A DNA stretch of 64,000 bases. Source: Candidatus Latescibacterota bacterium (lineage in GTDB: Bacteria > Latescibacterota > UBA2968 > UBA8231). The notes below the pieces were generated by a model. The model saw nothing but the letters and a program-made list of their open reading frames with translations. It had not been told where the DNA came from and searched no databases. Every line of letters starts with the position of its first letter. Positions within the stretch are counted from its first letter, which is position 1. Where the stretch lies: assembly GCA_965248265.1 (NCBI GenBank), contig CBDFJF010000002.1:2336001-2400000 (forward strand), given 5' to 3'. The position numbers were made by a program, and so were the translations under genes. This document shows, piece by piece, positions 60,908 through 64,000 of the stretch.

Positions 60908-62135
60908 ATGTCCGAAGCCGAATACGCCGAATTCGACAAGTCAGAATACCAGGAGCGCTATCGACAGCTGCGCCTGGAGATGGAGGAGGAAGGGCTGGAT
61001 GCCATCCTGGTAACCAACGAGCTCAACAATCGCTACTTTGCCGGCTTTCTGGGCAAGGTCTTCGCCCTCGACCACTACTACTTTTTCACGCTCCTTCCCC
61101 GCGACGAATCCCTGGAGCCGACTTTTCTGTGTGCTAACGGGTTCTCCGTGGCCGCGACCAGCTGGATCGACGACAGGCGATGCTGGGACTGGCCTGAAAA
61201 TTTCTATGCGAGCAAAGAGTCTCCCGGGGTGGCCGCTGTGGCCAACTTGATTCGCGAGAAGGGACTTTCACAGGCGACCATCGGCGTGGAGTTGGCGAAC
61301 GACATGCACCCGCACATCGGAATAAGCCACGTGCAGGAGCTGTATCAGAGTGTTCCAGACGTCTCATTCGTCGACGGGTCGGACGCCATCATGAAGGTGA
61401 GAGCGATCAAGTCCGCTGGGGAGGTTGAGCGACTTCGCCGCGCCGCCCGGATCAGCGCCAAGGGGGTCAGGTTCGGGTTCGAATCGCTGCACTCTGGGAT
61501 GACGGAGATGAGGTTGACGCAGATAATGTCGGCTCACATGCTGGAAATGGGCGCTACCGACATCCGTCCTCGTCAACTATGCCGGGCCCCGGCGAATGTG
61601 GGCGGACGCCATGCCGTCGTACTACGAGATCCAGAAAGGAGACCTGGTCCAGTTCGACGGGGGATGCATCGTCGACGGCTACTGGTGCGACTTCAAGCGC
61701 ATGTGCAGCCTGGGGCCGCCGAACGAGAAAGACCAGGCCTACTACGACATTGCCCGGGAGGCAATCGAAGTCTCGACGGCGCTGCTCGGCGCGGGCACCC
61801 TACCGAGTGACGTGGTCAAAACGGCTTTCGAAATCAATCGAAAACATGGATGCGGAGACTTCGTCGACTGGTGCCACCGGGGTGGCTGGGAGGCGATCGG
61901 GCATGGGGTAGGGCTCGACGTCCACGAGCGACCGGGGTTGGCCATGCACAACCACGAGCCTCTTCAGGCCAACATGGTCGTGAGTATCGAGCCGTTCATC
62001 ACGCTGGATGGGGTGTATCCCTTCTGGGAAGCAAAGGGCAAGTTCGGGCTTGAGAACTCGGTCCTGATCACGGATGATGGTCACGAGATTCTCACCAGCG
62101 AGTCCATCATCTCCCACGACTTGATGGTGGTATAG
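60908..62135 (+). pseudogene. Xaa-Pro aminopeptidase (M24) family, frameshifted near 61568
   Basis: Creatinase-N domain and RAIKS..E in frame 1; metal ligands D-G-G, D, GHGVG..HE, EP, E in frame 2 (LVNYAGPRRMWAD...). Confidence 0.8.
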
Positions 62136-62159
62136 CAGGATGTAATCGCATGGTCCTGG

Positions 62160-63104
62160 TCAGCGCTCTCCTGTCAGGGCGCGGCGAGGGTTGTCCACCA
62201 TCATGCGGTGTAGTTGCTCGTCGCTGAGGCCCCGCTCTTTTAGCAGTGGCAACCATGTAGTAGAGATGCAGTCATAGCCGCCGCCGCCGTTAGCCGCGTA
62301 CATGAACTGCATGCAGACATCGTGGGAAAGCATCATGTGATCGATGTAGCCCTGTTCGATGACGTACAGGATGCGCTCGATCACCTTCTCCTGATACCGG
62401 GGCCGGAAGCTGCCGATGCCTTCGATCGAAAAGAAGGCACCTCGCTTGGCCAGGGCGACGGGGTACTGATGATTGGGCCCACTGGCGATGTGGCTGCAGA
62501 TGACGCGCCGAAGGTCGACGCCTTCGTGCTCGAGGATGTCGAGCTGATCGAGGGCGACGTCACCCTCTGATTGATGGGTTGTAAGGGAGAGCCCGGTCTT
62601 CATTTGCGCTCGCGCTGCTGCCCGGAACACACGCTCCTCGACGGCGGAGATGTAGTTGCTGTGGGAGCCGATCTCGCCGATGAAGCCGGCGCGCACGTCG
62701 GTGCCCTCGATGCCGACCTCGACCTCCTGGACGATCTCCTCGGCGATCTGGTCGGTTTTGGCGCGGTGCAGGTATTCTTCATAGTACGGTTCGCGGTACC
62801 AGCCGCACCCCAAGATGATCTGCAAGCCCGTGCGCTCGGCCATCTCGCGGATGGCGAGGGGGTGCTTGATGGGCAGGATCCGGTTTTTGTTGCCGCGCAG
62901 GCCGCCGGAGGTCTGATCGACGAGGGTAACGCCGCCGGCGCTCTTGTAGCGCATCAGTTCCTCGTAGGCCAGCTCGGTGTCGTTCAGCATCCGGTCACCG
63001 AGCCAGACGTCGTTGCGCAGGTCGAGGAAGATGTGCTCGTGGATGAGGGTGAAGCCCAGTTTGTCGGCCTCGATAGGACCGGTTACGGATATGACGGAAG
63101 ACAC
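62160..63104 (-). CDS. Phosphotriesterase-homology (PHP/aryldialkylphosphatase) family
   Basis: LGFTLIHEH, IGEIG, TH, SH, LSHD, NPRRAL. Confidence 0.9.
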   Translation of the reverse strand: MSSVISVTGPIEADKLGFTLIHEHIFLDLRNDVWLGDRMLNDTELAYEELMRYKSAGGVTLVDQTSGGLRGNKNRILPIKHPLAIREMAERTGLQIILGCGWYREPYYEEYLHRAKTDQIAEEIVQEVEVGIEGTDVRAGFIGEIGSHSNYISAVEERVFRAAARAQMKTGLSLTTHQSEGDVALDQLDILEHEGVDLRRVICSHIASGPNHQYPVALAKRGAFFSIEGIGSFRPRYQEKVIERILYVIEQGYIDHMMLSHDVCMQFMYAANGGGGYDCISTTWLPLLKERGLSDEQLHRMMVDNPRRALTGER

Positions 63105-63126
63105 GGACTTGCCTTCTGGTTGGGGG

Positions 63127-64000
63127 TTACTTCAACCACCGCGTGTACTGGTCGACGACGTCCATGCCGACCAAATCGCTGTATGCCCTCTGGAGCTTAT
63201 TCGTTATGACACCGGGCACGGTGCCGCCCTGAATGAGCGTGCCGTTGAGTTTCGATACGGGACAGACGCACAGGCTGGTCGACGTAATGAAGATCTCGTC
63301 AGCGGTGAGAGCGTCGAAGAGGTCGATGTCGGCCTCCCGGATGTCGATGTCGAGCCCCCGGGCAAGCTCCAGCGCCGTGGCGCGACTGATGCCGCCGAGG
63401 ACGTACTGCCCTTTCGGCGTCCGCACAGAGCCGTCCTTGACCACGAAGATGTTGCTGCCGTCACCCTCGCACAGATTACCGTTGATGTCCAGTAACACGG
63501 CGAAGGCATCCGGGTTGTTCGTCTTGACCTCGAGATCGGCCAACACCAGGTTGAGATAGTTGTGTGATTTCACCCGTGGACTGATCGACTCCGGCGGGGT
63601 ACGCCGCACTGACGGGGTGACGACTTCGATGCCATCGCGAAACATCCAGGCGCGGGACTCGAAGGGTATCGGCATGCACTCGATGAGGACGGTGGGCACT
63701 TCGCTGCCTCCGGGGAGGCCGAACACATGCGATCCCCGGGTGACCCGTTGGGTCACCCACAATTCCCCATCGTCACCGACCAGCGGCAGATTCTGTTCCA
63801 GCACCTGCATCGAAAGGTCTGACATCTCTATTGGAGACAGTCCGGGGTCGATTCGGAGGTACGCCAGCGAGTCGTACAGCCGGTCGAGGTGTTCCTGCAG
63901 CTTGAACGGTTTGTGGGAGAAGGTCCGGGTGGTGTCGAAGACGGCGTCCCCCAGCAGGAATCCGCGGTCCCGGATTGATATACCAGCCTGGCTCTCCGGC
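63127..64000 (-). CDS. Aminotransferase class IV (branched-chain/ADC lyase-like), 5' end outside window
   Basis: DRGFLLGDAVFDT.R, HLDRL (read upstream of the track start), KSHNY, EGDGSNIF, LGGISR, EIFITST. Confidence 0.9.
   Translation of the reverse strand, partial: PESQAGISIRDRGFLLGDAVFDTTRTFSHKPFKLQEHLDRLYDSLAYLRIDPGLSPIEMSDLSMQVLEQNLPLVGDDGELWVTQRVTRGSHVFGLPGGSEVPTVLIECMPIPFESRAWMFRDGIEVVTPSVRRTPPESISPRVKSHNYLNLVLADLEVKTNNPDAFAVLLDINGNLCEGDGSNIFVVKDGSVRTPKGQYVLGGISRATALELARGLDIDIREADIDLFDALTADEIFITSTSLCVCPVSKLNGTLIQGGTVPGVITNKLQRAYSDLVGMDVVDQYTRWLK

Overview
A GC-rich bacterial window with about 50 genes, dominated by catabolic enzyme families. These include PhyH/TauD Fe(II)/2-oxoglutarate dioxygenases, three GH10-like TIM barrels, four AP-endonuclease-2/sugar-isomerase TIM barrels, amidohydrolases, Gfo/Idh/MocA oxidoreductases, PLP enzymes and alpha/beta hydrolases. 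Two large secreted FG-GAP/ASPIC proteins end in an NFPNPFN-type C-terminal sorting domain. This gene mix suggests a Candidatus Latescibacterota-like (FCB-associated) organism, which is inference only. No rRNA, tRNA or CRISPR array was seen. The window holds many gene remnants and three frameshifted genes. The main finding lies directly downstream of a truncated IS110-family recombinase fragment, at about 50998-51148. There sits an intact-looking two-lobed non-coding structure (two stem/internal-loop/stem units) whose loop strands match the adjacent element end and flank around a shared AT core. It is a candidate bridge/seek RNA whose target and donor guides can be read by eye. Also notable: a diverged duplication with reciprocal gene loss around a ~7 kb IS-associated segment, a double-hairpin insertion in an IS91 remnant, a chimeric member of a tandem TIM-barrel array, and an atypical ABC/HlyD-like export pair.
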